Shown here in pieces: positions 29,258 through 39,264 of a stretch of 64,000 bases of DNA; position 1 is the first letter of the stretch; each line of letters opens with the position of its first letter. The stretch is from a virus. Position numbers and translations under genes: made by a program. Under the pieces are notes generated by a model. That model made no database searches. It was not told where the DNA came from and was given only the letters and a program-made list of their open reading frames with translations. The DNA is taken from positions 48,367 to 112,366 of the IMG/VR virus record IMGVR_UViG_3300043411_001114; one strand, 5' to 3'.

Positions 29258-29622
29258 TGCGACACGAGCTTGGGTGGGAGGCGTTTGAGCGCTACGTCAA
29301 CCGGGTGCTGGGACTGCAGGCCACCGTCGCTTCGGGCAGCAAGGACTATGACCCCGGCGACGGGGTGGATCGCCGCCATCACACCGAGACCGACTACGCC
29401 CTGATGGTTGACGCCAAGTTCACCGAGCGCAAATCTTTCTCGTTCTCGGCCAAGGTGATGGGTCAGTACGTCCGTCGTGCCGCGATGGCCGGGAAGAAAT
29501 TTGTCCTCCCCGTGCGCCTTCTGGACACCGCCAGCGGCGAGAATCATGATTATGTTGTTGTTCCCCTACAGGATTATGTAGCGTTGCTGGAAACCTACCG
29601 AAAGAGTGCCGAAATTGACTAA
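29257..29622 (+). CDS. PD-(D/E)xK nuclease / Holliday junction resolvase-like
   Basis: G..FE, ASGS, GD and VDAK motifs. Confidence 0.6.
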   Translation: MRHELGWEAFERYVNRVLGLQATVASGSKDYDPGDGVDRRHHTETDYALMVDAKFTERKSFSFSAKVMGQYVRRAAMAGKKFVLPVRLLDTASGENHDYVVVPLQDYVALLETYRKSAEID

Positions 29623-30382
29623 AGCCTATGGTTCAATTCTGGACTCCCTCGCCGACCAGCAGTTGCTGATTCCGTACTTCCGCAATGCTTTGGTGAGCGG
29701 GAAGTGGCCCGACAGCTATCAGGTGAAAATCGACTCCAGCCCCTACTACGGCACCGGCGACGGGTATTTTCACCCCTCCACCCACTCCCTGATGGGGGCC
29801 AGGGAGTTGTACTACCGCTTCCATCCAGAACACCGGGATCATGTCATTCGGGAGCCGCGCAACCCGCAGTCGGAGATGACCTTCGCGGTCGGGTCTGCTA
29901 TTCACGGGGTGGTGCAGACCCAGTTCCAGATGGCCGGTCTGATCCGCGACGAGTCCGACGTCGAGGTCGAGTATGTGATCGACGAGCACCACGTCCGGGG
30001 CCGCATCGACTTCATTGTCCACCACCCGGACGGCAACACCTACCCGGTGGAACTCAAGACGACGTCCAGCCGAAACTACTCGTTCCTCAAGGGCATCAAA
30101 GAATCCTGGGACGCCCAGCTGTCGATGGGCCTGTACGGCACCGGCTACGCCACCGGAATCCTGTTGGTGCAGGAGGTCGGCTACCCCTACCAGATGCAGG
30201 AGTTCCGGGTCGACCGCAACGACGAACTGCTGTCGGAGATCTTCGACAAGTTCGCCCGGGTTCGGGAGTGCATCGCCAATAACACCCCGCCCGAGCACTG
30301 TTGCCCCTCCGACTCGGTGGCGATGAAGGCCTGCCCGGCCCGCTATTCCTGCTGGCTCAAGGATAGGGTTGTCGTCGAGTGA
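29606..30382 (+). CDS. Cas4/RecB-like exonuclease
   Basis: HPS, GSAIH, GRIDF, ELKT, Q..MG and a C-terminal Cys cluster (C..C.A..SC). Confidence 0.8.
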   Translation: MPKLTKAYGSILDSLADQQLLIPYFRNALVSGKWPDSYQVKIDSSPYYGTGDGYFHPSTHSLMGARELYYRFHPEHRDHVIREPRNPQSEMTFAVGSAIHGVVQTQFQMAGLIRDESDVEVEYVIDEHHVRGRIDFIVHHPDGNTYPVELKTTSSRNYSFLKGIKESWDAQLSMGLYGTGYATGILLVQEVGYPYQMQEFRVDRNDELLSEIFDKFARVRECIANNTPPEHCCPSDSVAMKACPARYSCWLKDRVVVE

Positions 30383-30762
30383 CCAGGAGCCGTTCCTCCG
30401 CCCGCGCCGCCGGTTCCCGAACCGAGCGGCTGGTCGCCGACTATCTCGCGGCCTCTCTGGATGACGACCGTATCGACCGCAGGCCCAAGTACGGCTCCAA
30501 GGATCGGGGCGACGTCGGCGGCCTCAGGGTTCATGGACAGCGTCTGGTGGTGGAGGTCAAAGACTGCGCCCGCACCGACCTGCCCGGGTGGACGTCCGAG
30601 GCCCACGTCGAGGCCTGCAACGATGACGCCCTGGCCGGTGTGGTGGTCGCCAAGCGTCGGGGAACCACCGAGCCGGGGAAGTTCTGGGTCTTCATGACCG
30701 TGGACGACCTGCTGGCTTTGATGACCGGCGAGCGGCACGGACACCGGAAGGACATCGTGTGA
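30379..30762 (+). CDS. Holliday junction resolvase (Hjc-like)
   Basis: G.RTER.VADYL, G.KDRGD, VVEVKD and VVAKRRG. Confidence 0.8.
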   Translation: MTRSRSSARAAGSRTERLVADYLAASLDDDRIDRRPKYGSKDRGDVGGLRVHGQRLVVEVKDCARTDLPGWTSEAHVEACNDDALAGVVVAKRRGTTEPGKFWVFMTVDDLLALMTGERHGHRKDIV

Positions 30763-31481
30763 GTTTCGACCACGAGGGTGATATGGCCGAGGCCGTCTCC
30801 CGCCGACTGCACTCCGAGCACCTGGAGGCCATCGCCGCAGCGGGCGACACTTTCGTTGACGAAGAGCCGGTGATGGTAGCCAACGTCAAGGCGCTCTTTG
30901 ATCGGATAACCTTCCGCTGGCGGGCTGATGAGAGGTCTCAACTCGACCGCATCCGCGCCGCCGCCGACACCATCGTCAAAGACATGTTCGTCGACGCCTA
31001 CGGCGCGATGGATGACTTCTTCGCCGAGGTGAGGGTTCCCGAGATCAATGAGCACGGGGTCGTCCTGCACGATCAGGACGGGAGGATCGTTTGGCGCTGC
31101 GACGACCGGGGCGACCCGATAGAGGACTGGTCATGCATGACCGGCCAGGACATCGAGGCCTGCCTGTTCCGCCTGAGTCGCATCAAACTGTCGGTCGCCT
31201 CGCAGGTTCACGAACTGCTCATGGAGGCCGTGTTCGCCAAACACGTTCATGACGACCAGTACCAGGAAGCCTATGCTGAAATGCTGGACGAGACCATTCC
31301 CGGCAGGAACGCCTACGCCTCCCGGAAAACCCGTCAGGATAAATACCATGCTTTTTTCAGGTATTACCTGTGGAGTACGTCTAAGGTGTTTCTCGATGAG
31401 GTCACTAATTTCTGTCGCCTGCTGGAGCGGGTTCGGTATTGGCGGATCGACGATATGAAGATTCAGGCGAAGCGGGCCTGA
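30759..31481 (+). CDS. Hypothetical protein
   Basis: 240-aa ORF with GTGA overlap. Confidence 0.75.
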   Translation: MSFDHEGDMAEAVSRRLHSEHLEAIAAAGDTFVDEEPVMVANVKALFDRITFRWRADERSQLDRIRAAADTIVKDMFVDAYGAMDDFFAEVRVPEINEHGVVLHDQDGRIVWRCDDRGDPIEDWSCMTGQDIEACLFRLSRIKLSVASQVHELLMEAVFAKHVHDDQYQEAYAEMLDETIPGRNAYASRKTRQDKYHAFFRYYLWSTSKVFLDEVTNFCRLLERVRYWRIDDMKIQAKRA

Positions 31482-31485
31482 ATCA

Positions 31486-32046
31486 ATGGGACGCCGATTA
31501 CCTCCCTATGACCCTGATCGGGATGGCGATTACGCTACCTCGAAACGCAGGATTCAGGTCTTTAAGAGGGTGTATCAGCACTACTACCACTGGCAGTCAC
31601 TGAGGGAGACCGGGGAGGTCGGTGACACTCTGTCGGTGGACGGCGAGGAGATTTACATCGGTGACCTGATGGTGGGCATCGACACCCTTCCCAACCGCCA
31701 GCGTCAGGCCTTCGAGTTGATCTGCTTGCGGGGGTTCACCGAGTCGGCGGCGACCGCCATCCTCCTCCCCCACTCCCGGTGGTCGACCCCCGTCCAGCAG
31801 TACAGTGACGACGGCTTGAAGAAGATGGTCGCCGCCTACGACGCCAAGCAGAATGGAACGTGGGATTCCCGGGCGGCGAAGCTGAAGAAACGAAAATCAT
31901 GTAATGACCCGCCGCAGAGTTATGAAATAACGAATAACAAAGACTTCGGATGTAGCCTGACTGCAGAACTGAACAGTAATGCAATTCAGGATTCGGCTCT
32001 GCAGTCAGAGTCCGAAATCGCCCCCGACGACGATGATCAAAAGTAG
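31486..32046 (+). CDS. Sigma-70 region 4-like protein
   Basis: IDTLPNRQRQAFELICLRGFTESAATAIL matches the region 4 HTH pattern. Confidence 0.6.
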   Translation: MGRRLPPYDPDRDGDYATSKRRIQVFKRVYQHYYHWQSLRETGEVGDTLSVDGEEIYIGDLMVGIDTLPNRQRQAFELICLRGFTESAATAILLPHSRWSTPVQQYSDDGLKKMVAAYDAKQNGTWDSRAAKLKKRKSCNDPPQSYEITNNKDFGCSLTAELNSNAIQDSALQSESEIAPDDDDQK

Positions 32047-32118
32047 TTCGGAGCGCAGGGGTGACTGAAAACCAAGTTTTCTCACGCCTTAGTGGGCATC
32101 TGGCTATGAAGGGTCACG

Positions 32119-32385
32119 ATGTCTTTGTTGGACGGTCTTTACAGCGGAATAAAGTCCAATCTGGAGGAGCAGGCCAACGCTATCCTGCGCGAGGGACGCA
32201 AGGGGGTCACCGCCCTCTCGGAGAAGAAGGACTACCTGACCGAGGAGCAGTTGAGCCTGCGCCAGGCCAGGGAGGTTCTCAACTCGAACGGGTTCCCCGA
32301 CCCCTCGATTCGGCAGGGCCTTTATCGTCGGGCGCACAGCCCGACGGCCGGGAAGCGACCCGGCCGTCACCATCACGAGGACTGA
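32119..32385 (+). CDS. Hypothetical protein
   Basis: 88-aa ORF with phage-like codon usage. Confidence 0.6.
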   Translation: MSLLDGLYSGIKSNLEEQANAILREGRKGVTALSEKKDYLTEEQLSLRQAREVLNSNGFPDPSIRQGLYRRAHSPTAGKRPGRHHHED

Positions 32386-32404
32386 TCGACCTCAGAGGAT
32401 CACC

Positions 32405-33163
32405 ATGACCCGCTCCCGCAGGAACCATCCCCGGGTTGATGCCCGCGAACTGCAGCGGGAGGTCAACCAGGAGGTGAGGGAGATTCAGGCCTCCACCGGA
32501 GGCAGGCTCCCCGAGCACCGGTGTCGGGTCTGTCAGGACCCCGAGTCACGGAAGCGGGTTAATCGCCTCCTGGCTTACGGGATGCGTGTCCCGGAGATCG
32601 TTGAGCATGTCGCCGATCTCAACGAGAAGCGCCCGAAGAACGGGCAGATCACCTACTGGTCGATTCTGCGTCACTCCGAACGGCACTTCAATGTGCAGGA
32701 CCCGGCCAATGCCGCCTATCGACGCATTCTGGAGCGGCGCAAGAAGCAGGCCGAACAGGATCTGGGTGAGGGTGCCGCACACCTCCTCACCGGCATGGCC
32801 TTCCTCGACATCGTCGCCCAGAAGGGCTTCGAGCACCTCATCGACGAGACCACCGTCGTCGAGTACCAGGAGGGCCTCAAGGCCCAGTTGAAGCTGGAGG
32901 AGATGCAGCGCGAGGGGTCGATCGAGGAACAGGTCGCCGAGATGCGGCGCGACGTCTCCATCCTTCAGCAGGCCGTCAAGGATGTGGTTCCCACCGCCCT
33001 GCTGGCCGAGATTTCTTCCCGCATTGACGAACTGAAGGGCACCACCCGCGACGATGCCATTGACGCCGAGCTGGTCGATGACGACTATGATGACGAGGAC
33101 GATGATCGTGGTTACGATCCGATGATCGGCCCCGACTCCGGGGACCCCTTGGAGGATGCGTAA
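32405..33163 (+). CDS. Hypothetical protein (CxxC, HTH-like, coiled coil, acidic tail)
   Basis: GAGG RBS; 252 aa. Confidence 0.75.
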   Translation: MTRSRRNHPRVDARELQREVNQEVREIQASTGGRLPEHRCRVCQDPESRKRVNRLLAYGMRVPEIVEHVADLNEKRPKNGQITYWSILRHSERHFNVQDPANAAYRRILERRKKQAEQDLGEGAAHLLTGMAFLDIVAQKGFEHLIDETTVVEYQEGLKAQLKLEEMQREGSIEEQVAEMRRDVSILQQAVKDVVPTALLAEISSRIDELKGTTRDDAIDAELVDDDYDDEDDDRGYDPMIGPDSGDPLEDA

Positions 33164-36100
33164 ATGGTCACCGAGGCCACCCGCCAGGTCATTCACTCCT
33201 CGGTCGACCTGCCCGGGTTCAGTGTGTCCACCGCGTCCCGGACACCCGAGTCGCCGCGCGCCGGATCGCTCTACGACACCACCACCATCGCCGCCGCCGT
33301 CCCGGTCTGGTTTCATCCCGGCCCGGATGGAAACTACATCGTTCTGTTCTCGCGTCGATTGACGGCGGCCAGCCCGTCGGCTCAGGCCCCCACCGGACCC
33401 ATCTTCTACGGCAGCGCCACCGCCGCCAGCGATCCGTGCTGGATGGTCGTCAACCCCTCCGGTTCGGTGGTCAGCAAGGTCGTCACCATCCCCAGCCAGA
33501 CCTCCGGAACCAGAGTCCTCACCTCGGCCGCCAGTTCCGGTGAGTACCTGTTCGTCCTCAATCGGTATCAGGCCGAGGAAGACGGTCCGTTCACGGCGCT
33601 GCTGCAGCACTTCCGCATCTCCCGGGAGCAGGGGGTCAGCCTCGTCGCCGAGGAGGAGGTGCCCCGCGATCTGTCTCTGGGACTCTTCGTCGATCGCAGC
33701 CACATCTGGGTTTTCGGTGATGACGGCACCGGGAAGTTGGCGATGGCCCGCAAGAACTGGGGCCGTATCGGCGGCTCCGACCTCAGCCCCTCGCGCGACT
33801 GGCAGTTCCGTTCCTCGCTCGGCTGGAACTCCAGTCCCGAGCAACTCATCGCCCTCCCTGGTGACATTCCCGCCGCCGGGCCGTGTTCGGTGGCCCGGTA
33901 CCGAGATCACTACTACCTGGTGGCCACCGAGTCGATCCCCGCCGCCTCAGGGGCGAGCGGTGCCTCCGGTGCCTCCGGTGCCTCGGGGGCCAGTGGGCTT
34001 CCCGTCAGCCCCATCCAGACCATCCTGAACCAGCTGGTCGCGGTTCTCAACGGCGTCATCAATGGCTTCATCACCGTCGGTGCCGGAGCGATCGCGGTCA
34101 TCACCGACCTACTCACCCGTGCCGTGGAGGCGATCACCGAAATACCGGGAGCCAACGAGTCCGGCATCCCCGCCCTGGTGTCCGGTTTCCTCAATGCCCT
34201 CACCGGGATCGGGACGGTCATCAGCAACCCGGCGAATGCTCTGGCCAACATCATCGCCGCCATCGCTGACCTTCCCGTCATCGGCGGTGTGGTGACGATG
34301 GCACAGGATTTTCTGGAGTCGGCGATCGACACTATTATCGGCATCGCCACCCCCATTCTGGCCGGGCCGATCGCGCTCCTGGAGCAGATCATTCGCACCA
34401 TCACCGGAATCTTCATTCCCGGCGCGAGTGGTGCTTCGGGCGCGAGTGGTGCCTCAGGCGCATCCGGTGCTTCGGGGGCCTCCGGTCCTCCCACCCTGTA
34501 CTCCCGGGCCTTCACCAGCCGCCGTGTCGATGCCAAGTGGGACCCCTACCCACTTGCTCATGAACTCGGAATCCCCGACGAGCAGTACCTCGGTTCCGGG
34601 GTGTACCTGCAGGGGCAGTTGCCCGTAGCTCCCGGATTCACCACCACCGTCACCTCATCGGGTGTCACCATCCTCGAACCGTCCAGCGACCACGTCCAGG
34701 TCTTCACCGGCTCGTCTCCGCACACCGTCATCCTTCCCGCCGCCGCCAAACGCACCGGAACGATCACCAACCCGGACGGCACCGTCATCACCCCCGAGGT
34801 CGTGCTCCCCGTCATCACCATCGCCGACGCCACCATCTCCGAAGGCCGTTCGGGCACCACCTCCATCGTCAGGATCACCGTCACCCTGTCCGAGCCGTCC
34901 GACGTTCCCGCCTCGGTCTCGTACAAGACCGTCGAAGATGAGGACGGCGAAGACCCGGCCACGCCGGGAACCGACTACACCGAGGTGTTGGAGGGAAGCA
35001 TCGTCTTTGCGCCCGGGGTCATCGAACAGCAGGCGATCGTGTCGGTGCGGGGCGACATTGTCATCGAGGAGGACGAGACCTTCCTGGTCACGCTCTTCGA
35101 TCCTGTCAATGCCGCACTTGACGAGGATGACACGGCGGTCGTCACCGTCGAAAACGATGACAATGTCGTCTCCATCATCGAGTCGCTGATAGAGGACTTT
35201 CAGAACATCGTCAACGGAGTCATCAGCGGTGCCATCAAGATCGGTTCGGCGGTGGTCACCACCGTGGCCACCATCCTGGAGCAGGCGGCCCGCACCTTCA
35301 CCGGTGTGGTGGGCAGCGTTGGTGGTCTGGCGGTCGGGCTGATCAGCGACTTCCTGTCGCTGATTTCCGGCGGCGCTCTGGAGATTCCCGACGCCCCCGA
35401 CCCGGCCGACGTCCTGGCGCAGATCATCTCCCAGATCACCGGATTCGGCAGCTCGGTAGAGGGTTCGATCGTCCTGCTGGCGCAAACCTTCTACAACACC
35501 GTCACCACCACCGTCACCAACACCATCGTCCGATCGGTCAATCTGTTTCGGGACCTGGTCGCGGCGATTACCGGAATCTTCGGCGGTGGGTCGTCGCTGA
35601 TGATGACCCTGGGCGACGTCGGTGCCTCGGGGGCCTCGGGGGCCTCTGGTCCTCCCCCGATCTCCTACCTGCCCTACACCATCCATAACCAGTCCACCGC
35701 CGACGTTCAGGTCATGCCGTATGCCCGCGACAAGATGATTCGGGTTCCGCACGGGAGCGGCATGACCTTCACCCCTTACGTCGCCGATCCGGTGTCGATC
35801 AAGAACTGGTCGTGGGTGTTCGCCTTCGACCGGGCACCCCGCCCCCGCAGCGGCTTCCCCTATGTCCTCACCACCCGGCTGACCCACTCCGATTTCCCGG
35901 ACAGGTTCACCTACTGGACACGGTGGGACGTCCTGGACCCCGTCGCCCCGAAGACCGTTCTCAGCGGTTTGATCGCCGCCGACCCGGCGCTTCTGCCCGC
36001 GCCCCCCGAAGAGGTTGTTGATGCGATGAGCCGCTTCGTCAGCGTGGTCGGGGCGGTGGTCGACGGCGTCATCGCGGTCGGTGCCGGGGTGGTGGGAACG

Positions 36101-36406
36101 GTCAGCGACATCATCACCGAAGCGGTGCGGGCGATCACCGGAAGCGATCCCACCCCCAGCGCCGACGTCCCCGGTCTGGTGACGGGATTCCTGCAGGAGT
36201 TGGCCACCGCCGGGGTCACCCCCGACGCGGCCCTGTCCTTCGAGAACCTCATCCGGCAGATCACCGGCGGCACCAGTACCAATGTTCCCGACCCGCTGGA
36301 GTTCGTCACGGCGGCGGTGGACGGCATTGAGGACGTCATCGAGGATATTTTCGAGGCCATCGCCGCACTGTTCCAGTCTCTTGTGCGGGGCATCACCGGG
36401 CAGTGA
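33164..36406 (+). CDS. Large probable virion protein with (GAS)n tracts, Calx-beta domain and three amphipathic helical repeats
   Basis: ITIADATISEG...VTLS...VSYKT...ATPGTDY...FAPG...V.GD...EEDETFLVTL..P.NA...A.VT.ENDD matches Calx-beta. GAS repeats at about 33944-33997, 34421-34487 and 35621-35650. Confidence 0.75.
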   Translation: MVTEATRQVIHSSVDLPGFSVSTASRTPESPRAGSLYDTTTIAAAVPVWFHPGPDGNYIVLFSRRLTAASPSAQAPTGPIFYGSATAASDPCWMVVNPSGSVVSKVVTIPSQTSGTRVLTSAASSGEYLFVLNRYQAEEDGPFTALLQHFRISREQGVSLVAEEEVPRDLSLGLFVDRSHIWVFGDDGTGKLAMARKNWGRIGGSDLSPSRDWQFRSSLGWNSSPEQLIALPGDIPAAGPCSVARYRDHYYLVATESIPAASGASGASGASGASGASGLPVSPIQTILNQLVAVLNGVINGFITVGAGAIAVITDLLTRAVEAITEIPGANESGIPALVSGFLNALTGIGTVISNPANALANIIAAIADLPVIGGVVTMAQDFLESAIDTIIGIATPILAGPIALLEQIIRTITGIFIPGASGASGASGASGASGASGASGPPTLYSRAFTSRRVDAKWDPYPLAHELGIPDEQYLGSGVYLQGQLPVAPGFTTTVTSSGVTILEPSSDHVQVFTGSSPHTVILPAAAKRTGTITNPDGTVITPEVVLPVITIADATISEGRSGTTSIVRITVTLSEPSDVPASVSYKTVEDEDGEDPATPGTDYTEVLEGSIVFAPGVIEQQAIVSVRGDIVIEEDETFLVTLFDPVNAALDEDDTAVVTVENDDNVVSIIESLIEDFQNIVNGVISGAIKIGSAVVTTVATILEQAARTFTGVVGSVGGLAVGLISDFLSLISGGALEIPDAPDPADVLAQIISQITGFGSSVEGSIVLLAQTFYNTVTTTVTNTIVRSVNLFRDLVAAITGIFGGGSSLMMTLGDVGASGASGASGPPPISYLPYTIHNQSTADVQVMPYARDKMIRVPHGSGMTFTPYVADPVSIKNWSWVFAFDRAPRPRSGFPYVLTTRLTHSDFPDRFTYWTRWDVLDPVAPKTVLSGLIAADPALLPAPPEEVVDAMSRFVSVVGAVVDGVIAVGAGVVGTVSDIITEAVRAITGSDPTPSADVPGLVTGFLQELATAGVTPDAALSFENLIRQITGGTSTNVPDPLEFVTAAVDGIEDVIEDIFEAIAALFQSLVRGITGQ

Positions 36407-36465
36407 TTTCGTGGTGTAGTCTCTACCCAATAACCCACCCCACCATTTTCTGAACAGGAGTTACC

Positions 36466-37488
36466 TTGCTGGTCGCAGACTTGAAATCTCACCTCTCACA
36501 GGTGGATGAGCGTGCTATTGAAACCACCCTCGGTGCCCTGGAGGTCGACCCCGAGGCCCGGTACATCCGCACCGCCTCCGGCGAGGAGTTCGCCCTCGAC
36601 GAGCAGGCCGAGCGGAGCCTGTCCGCCTACCTCGGGGTCTCCAAAACCTACCTCGCGAAGTGCCCGCCCGACCTCAAGTCGCACAACCTCAACTACTGGC
36701 TGCAGCGCCGCGAGAACGCTGCCGCCGTGATCGAGGCCACCGGAGACCACTGGGTGACCATCCACAAGCCGGGGTTGATCGTACTCCCTCTGGCCCGGGT
36801 CGCCGACGTCATCACCGCCACGATGGACCCCTCCTACGAGATCGTCCAACTGCTGCGCGACGACACCCGGTTCCATGTCGACATCATTACCCCGCATCAT
36901 GTTGAGATTCCTCGCGACGAGCGCATCGAGGATCGTACCCGGCCCAATGACGAGCACCAGGTGGGCGACATCACCCACGGCGGGGTTCGCATCCTGTCCA
37001 ACCCGTCCGAGCAGCAGGCTCCCCAGGTGTTGACCTACCTCCACCGGCTCTGGTGCACCAACGGGTCCACCAGCCCCGAGGCGGAGGGCATCATCAAACT
37101 CAAGGGCCACACCCTCGATGACATCTTTGTCGAGATGGAGGCCGCCTGCCGCCGGGTGATGGGTGACCTCGACCAGAAACTGGCCGACTACGCCGCCCTG
37201 GCACACACCTACCCGCCCGGTAGCCCGACCCGGTTCGCCTACCAGCTGGGCCGCGAATACGGGCTGGGTCAGCGCCTGATGGATCGGGTGATGGAGCGGG
37301 TCAGCATTCTGCCCGAGGACGCCTCCCTCTACGACGTTCAGCAGATTTTCACCGAACTCGCTAACTCCGGTTCGGTCAACTACAAGACGATGGTTCGTCT
37401 TCAGCACCTCTCGGGTGATCTGGCTTTCTCCACCGATGCCGTCACCCATCGTTGCGGCCAGTGCGAGAGGTTGTTCCCCGGTGAGTGA
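36466..37488 (+). CDS. DUF932-like hypothetical protein
   Basis: AGGAG RBS; GGVRILS...RLWCTNG motif. Confidence 0.65.
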   Translation: MLVADLKSHLSQVDERAIETTLGALEVDPEARYIRTASGEEFALDEQAERSLSAYLGVSKTYLAKCPPDLKSHNLNYWLQRRENAAAVIEATGDHWVTIHKPGLIVLPLARVADVITATMDPSYEIVQLLRDDTRFHVDIITPHHVEIPRDERIEDRTRPNDEHQVGDITHGGVRILSNPSEQQAPQVLTYLHRLWCTNGSTSPEAEGIIKLKGHTLDDIFVEMEAACRRVMGDLDQKLADYAALAHTYPPGSPTRFAYQLGREYGLGQRLMDRVMERVSILPEDASLYDVQQIFTELANSGSVNYKTMVRLQHLSGDLAFSTDAVTHRCGQCERLFPGE

Positions 37489-37918
37489 GATTATCGACCT
37501 CTCCCAGTTGGGAAAGCAGAGGGCACCCCAGCCGCCGCCCGAGGCGGTTGAGGTGTATCCCTCGGAGATGCCCAAGATCAAGGCGGCCCTGAAGTCTTTG
37601 GAAGACATGTTCGCGCGCAAGGTGGTCGATGATCCCCTCGCCGCCGCCGAGGCTTTCAATCAGGCCGCCGGTAACGTCTTCCATGATCTCGGGTTCGTCG
37701 TCGAGGTCGAGTGGTTCGAGGCCAAGGAAAACCCCTACGGCGAGGCCAAAATGCACATCCCCCGGGTGAGTATCGCCGGACGGGTTCGCAAAGAGTCCGA
37801 GGTCGACCACGACCGGATGCGTCACGACGTCGTCACCGGCTTGGCGGACGGCCGCCCCGGCTACATCCGGGAGGACGGCACCGAGCACGAGGACCCGATC
37901 CGGAAGGTCATCACCTAA
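37481..37918 (+). CDS. Hypothetical protein
   Basis: GTG start overlapping the previous gene. Confidence 0.65.
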   Translation: MSEIIDLSQLGKQRAPQPPPEAVEVYPSEMPKIKAALKSLEDMFARKVVDDPLAAAEAFNQAAGNVFHDLGFVVEVEWFEAKENPYGEAKMHIPRVSIAGRVRKESEVDHDRMRHDVVTGLADGRPGYIREDGTEHEDPIRKVIT

Positions 37919-37920
37919 CC

Positions 37921-38322
37921 ATGCCCGACCTGCCCGCCAAGGCCACCGCTCAGACTTTCTCTGCCGAGATGGCCACCGAGAGGGGGCTTTCTCCGGTGCA
38001 GTGGAGCGATAAGTGTTTCCTGTGCAGCAGGGAGATCGCCGAGTCCGATCCCCGGCAGTTCTATCAGGGCAAGTCGGCGATGATGCTCTGCCACACCGGG
38101 TGCCTGAATATCATGACCACCAGCGGCGGTAAGCCCGCCGACTACCATCGGGCCGTGGCCGGTAAGGCCGCCCCGCCACCGGCGGAGCCGGGTTACACCG
38201 GCCCGGGCTGGCTTGATTTTCCCACCCTGGCTGCCCTCCAGGACTACGTTAGGGCCAAGGGGGACATACCGTCCCACATCAAGGTGACGGTGGCCAGGGC
38301 TGTCATCCAGGCCGGTGAGTGA
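37921..38322 (+). CDS. Hypothetical protein (C..C / CH..C zinc motif)
   Basis: Starts 2 nt after the previous stop. Confidence 0.65.
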   Translation: MPDLPAKATAQTFSAEMATERGLSPVQWSDKCFLCSREIAESDPRQFYQGKSAMMLCHTGCLNIMTTSGGKPADYHRAVAGKAAPPPAEPGYTGPGWLDFPTLAALQDYVRAKGDIPSHIKVTVARAVIQAGE

Positions 38323-38572
38323 GTCACCTCAGCCTCGTGTCGAGGTAGACATCAGGGGAACCCTGGTGGGTTTCTTGCGCCGCGACGTCCGGCAACTCAG
38401 CAATGACGAGCGGAGTCGGGTCGAGGATCTGGTCGCCGAACAGCAGCGCGAGGCCGGTCCGGGACGGTCGGTGACCCGACTGGTCATCGAGACCGACTAT
38501 CCCGACCCGGATCGTTTGTCCTACGTCGCCAGCTACCGGGTGACCATGTCGGGAGACTCGGAGGCGTCGTGA
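38315..38572 (+). CDS. Hypothetical protein
   Basis: Overlapping start; 85 aa. Confidence 0.55.
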   Translation: MSESPQPRVEVDIRGTLVGFLRRDVRQLSNDERSRVEDLVAEQQREAGPGRSVTRLVIETDYPDPDRLSYVASYRVTMSGDSEAS

Positions 38573-38870
38573 ACCTGCACTCCTGGCGGTCACTCCCTAG
38601 AAGAGTTGAGGGAAGGGTGGCCGATGACGATACCAAGAATCGCGCTCGTCCTGGTGGCGTCGGCCCTGATTGGATTCGGTACCGTGTATCTGGCCGTGTG
38701 TGAGTTTGCGAGTTCGGTGGAGTGACCATGATTATGGGTGAGCATCCGGCGCTGTCGGATCAGGAAATTGAGGCCATCGCCCGGCAGCGGTGGGAGTCCG
38801 GCCTCAAGACCTCCCTCTTCGAGTTCGTGCCCTTCGTCATCGGTGTCTCCGACGAGTGGGTGCATTACTC

Positions 38871-39194
38871 ATGAGGTGTGAGGTCAAAGAGTTCGCCCGC
38901 GCCTGGTGGGCGCACGGCGGTGGTGCCGCCATCCTCTTCCTGACCATTGTCACCGGGGTGTTCCGCTCCCCTCGTGACGTCCTGTTCTGGTTCTCCGCGC
39001 TGTTCCTGGTCGCTCACACCGTCATGGCCCTGCACCACTACCTCAAATCCCGTTCGATGCGGGTCACCGCCGTGGTGGAGAGTGTGTATCCCTCCCGCCC
39101 CGTGCCGGTCCAGACCTTCCTGCCGCCCCCGATCACCAGCCTGGTCTCCCTGCACATTCCGCCGAATCTTCTGGGGAAGAGTTCCAAGACTTGA
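38871..39194 (+). CDS. Membrane protein (2 TM)
   Basis: Two hydrophobic segments; ATGA overlap with the small upstream ORF 38722-38874. Confidence 0.6.
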   Translation: MRCEVKEFARAWWAHGGGAAILFLTIVTGVFRSPRDVLFWFSALFLVAHTVMALHHYLKSRSMRVTAVVESVYPSRPVPVQTFLPPPITSLVSLHIPPNLLGKSSKT

Positions 39195-39264
39195 TGCTTG
39201 GGCTATAGATGGGTTACAATTAAGGGGTACGCACCGCCACCACCACCCCGAAGGAGTAGCCGAC
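39191..39264 (+). promoter_or_regulatory. Repeat promoter plus ACC leader
   Basis: TTGATG...CTATAGatgggtTACAATtaagggg...caccgccaccaccaccccgAAGGAG. Confidence 0.7.

Noticed and set aside
29606-30382. Cas4 as evidence of a CRISPR-Cas system
   Set aside because: A solo Cas4/RecB-like nuclease within a phage recombination cluster is common; no cas1/cas2 or array is present.
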